Positions 62,846-64,000 of a DNA stretch of 64,000 nt are shown in pieces. The first letter of the stretch is position 1. Every line of letters begins with the position of its first letter. Origin of the DNA: Octopus sinensis (taxonomy: Eukaryota); the NCBI RefSeq assembly GCF_006345805.1, contig NC_043011.1, positions 19,604,464 to 19,668,463 on the forward strand. The letters run 5' to 3'. A model generated the notes under the pieces. It saw only the letters and a program-made list of their open reading frames with translations. It was not told the origin of the DNA and did no database searches. Position numbers and translations under genes: made by a program.

Positions 62846-64000
62846 GATACAGTCATATTTTCTAAACATTCACAACTTCAGAAGAAATATGCTGCTTGTA
62901 TGCGTTTCCTTTTAGTTTATTGATAGTAAAGCAAATTGATTATCCTGCAAAATGAATAAATTTTCCTCTCGACATTTTGGTGTCATATTTATCCTTTTAC
63001 GTTTACGTAATATTCTTACTACTTAAGTATTGACTTTTACCCGCATATATATATATATTCCTATCTGTGATATATTTATGGAATATGCATTGTGGTTTTT
63101 GTATTGTCTTTTTGAGTGTTCGTCAGAAAACTTATTGTATTATACGTATAAAACATGTGAAGCGGAATATATATGTACGTTGTGCTGAATGTAAAATCAA
63201 TTTCGCAAGCTATCTCTACTAATTATTTCTACGAACTATGGAACCTAAAATTTCAAAATGCACCCGAAATATTAATCATATTCAGTTATGTATTGATTCC
63301 GTTTGATTCATTGAGGAATAATAGCTAATTATATTTTGTTGCCATGCGCCCTTTACTAGTGCTTATAGCAACATCTATTCTAACATTTAAATTTCGTATG
63401 AATTGGCTACGTTTATGCAAGATAAAATTTGTGTCGGCACCTGGTGAAGTCCTCCGTAAATTACTAGATTATTTTACAAAGAAGAGACGCAGGTATATTG
63501 AACTTACGTCGACCGAAATTTATATAACAGAATTATGCCGAAACCACTGCCTTAATGAAATTACGACGGGAAAAGAAATCTTTCAAAATAATCTGCTGAA
63601 AACGATCGATCCATAATAATTTAGCATACCTCAGTAATTCATTGTAGGTTAAGGAATCACAATCTCATCTTCCGCATCTCAATCTCACCTGTTCACAATA
63701 TGTTTAAAGCAACAATATCGCATCCAACTGCAAAATCTCGTTATGAACACTATTATAAAATTCTTAACCTAGGATCAATGTCTTCTAAAATTTCGAAAGA
63801 GAGCTACTTGATACAGTATATCGTGATAAATTCAAGCAAAATTTCTTCAAGTTAAACATTGTTATCTCGGCTCAATTGTGAACTTAGCTCAAAACACACG
63901 CATATACACTTACATTATATATGACTTCCTACAGAATCATTAACAGACTTCGATTATCTCACATTCGTTGTGAAACAATCCTTAACGAGTAAATTTTACT

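Overview
AT-rich, microsatellite-dense eukaryotic DNA with no supportable host protein-coding gene. The ORF-track entries are simple-repeat artefacts or decayed transposon fragments. The tRNA-headed SINE families look like those of Octopus (recognition and inference, not a database match). Ordinary content: at least four modular SINE families (about 20 copies), two CR1-type LINE 3' fragments, R4/Dong-like RLE-LINE pieces in (TAA)n, mariner, hAT and possibly piggyBac relics, a Helitron-like 3' end, and several Penelope-like (PLE) RT and GIY-YIG fragments. The unusual content is a swarm of short non-coding elements (about 400-480 nt monomers), mostly embedded in (TA)n tracts and arranged as tandem and/or fold-back (inverted) copies. 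They carry type I hammerhead ribozyme motifs. I can read 11 hammerhead motifs from 7 stem-sequence types (copies near 2.0/2.2, 6.3/6.6, 8.6, 10.3/11.0/20.9/21.4, 19.2, 28.7 and 52.1 kb), plus two more degenerate or variant loci (44.5 and 48.2-48.6 kb). Nearly all have a self-complementary, loop-less or short-looped stem III, the signature of dimer-cleaving PLE pseudo-LTR/retrozyme hammerheads. Two non-canonical cores recur: CCGAAGA (U4C) in two unrelated families, and GTGAACA (a G3:C8 swap of the C3-G8 tertiary pair). Catalytic activity and mobility are inferred, not demonstrated.
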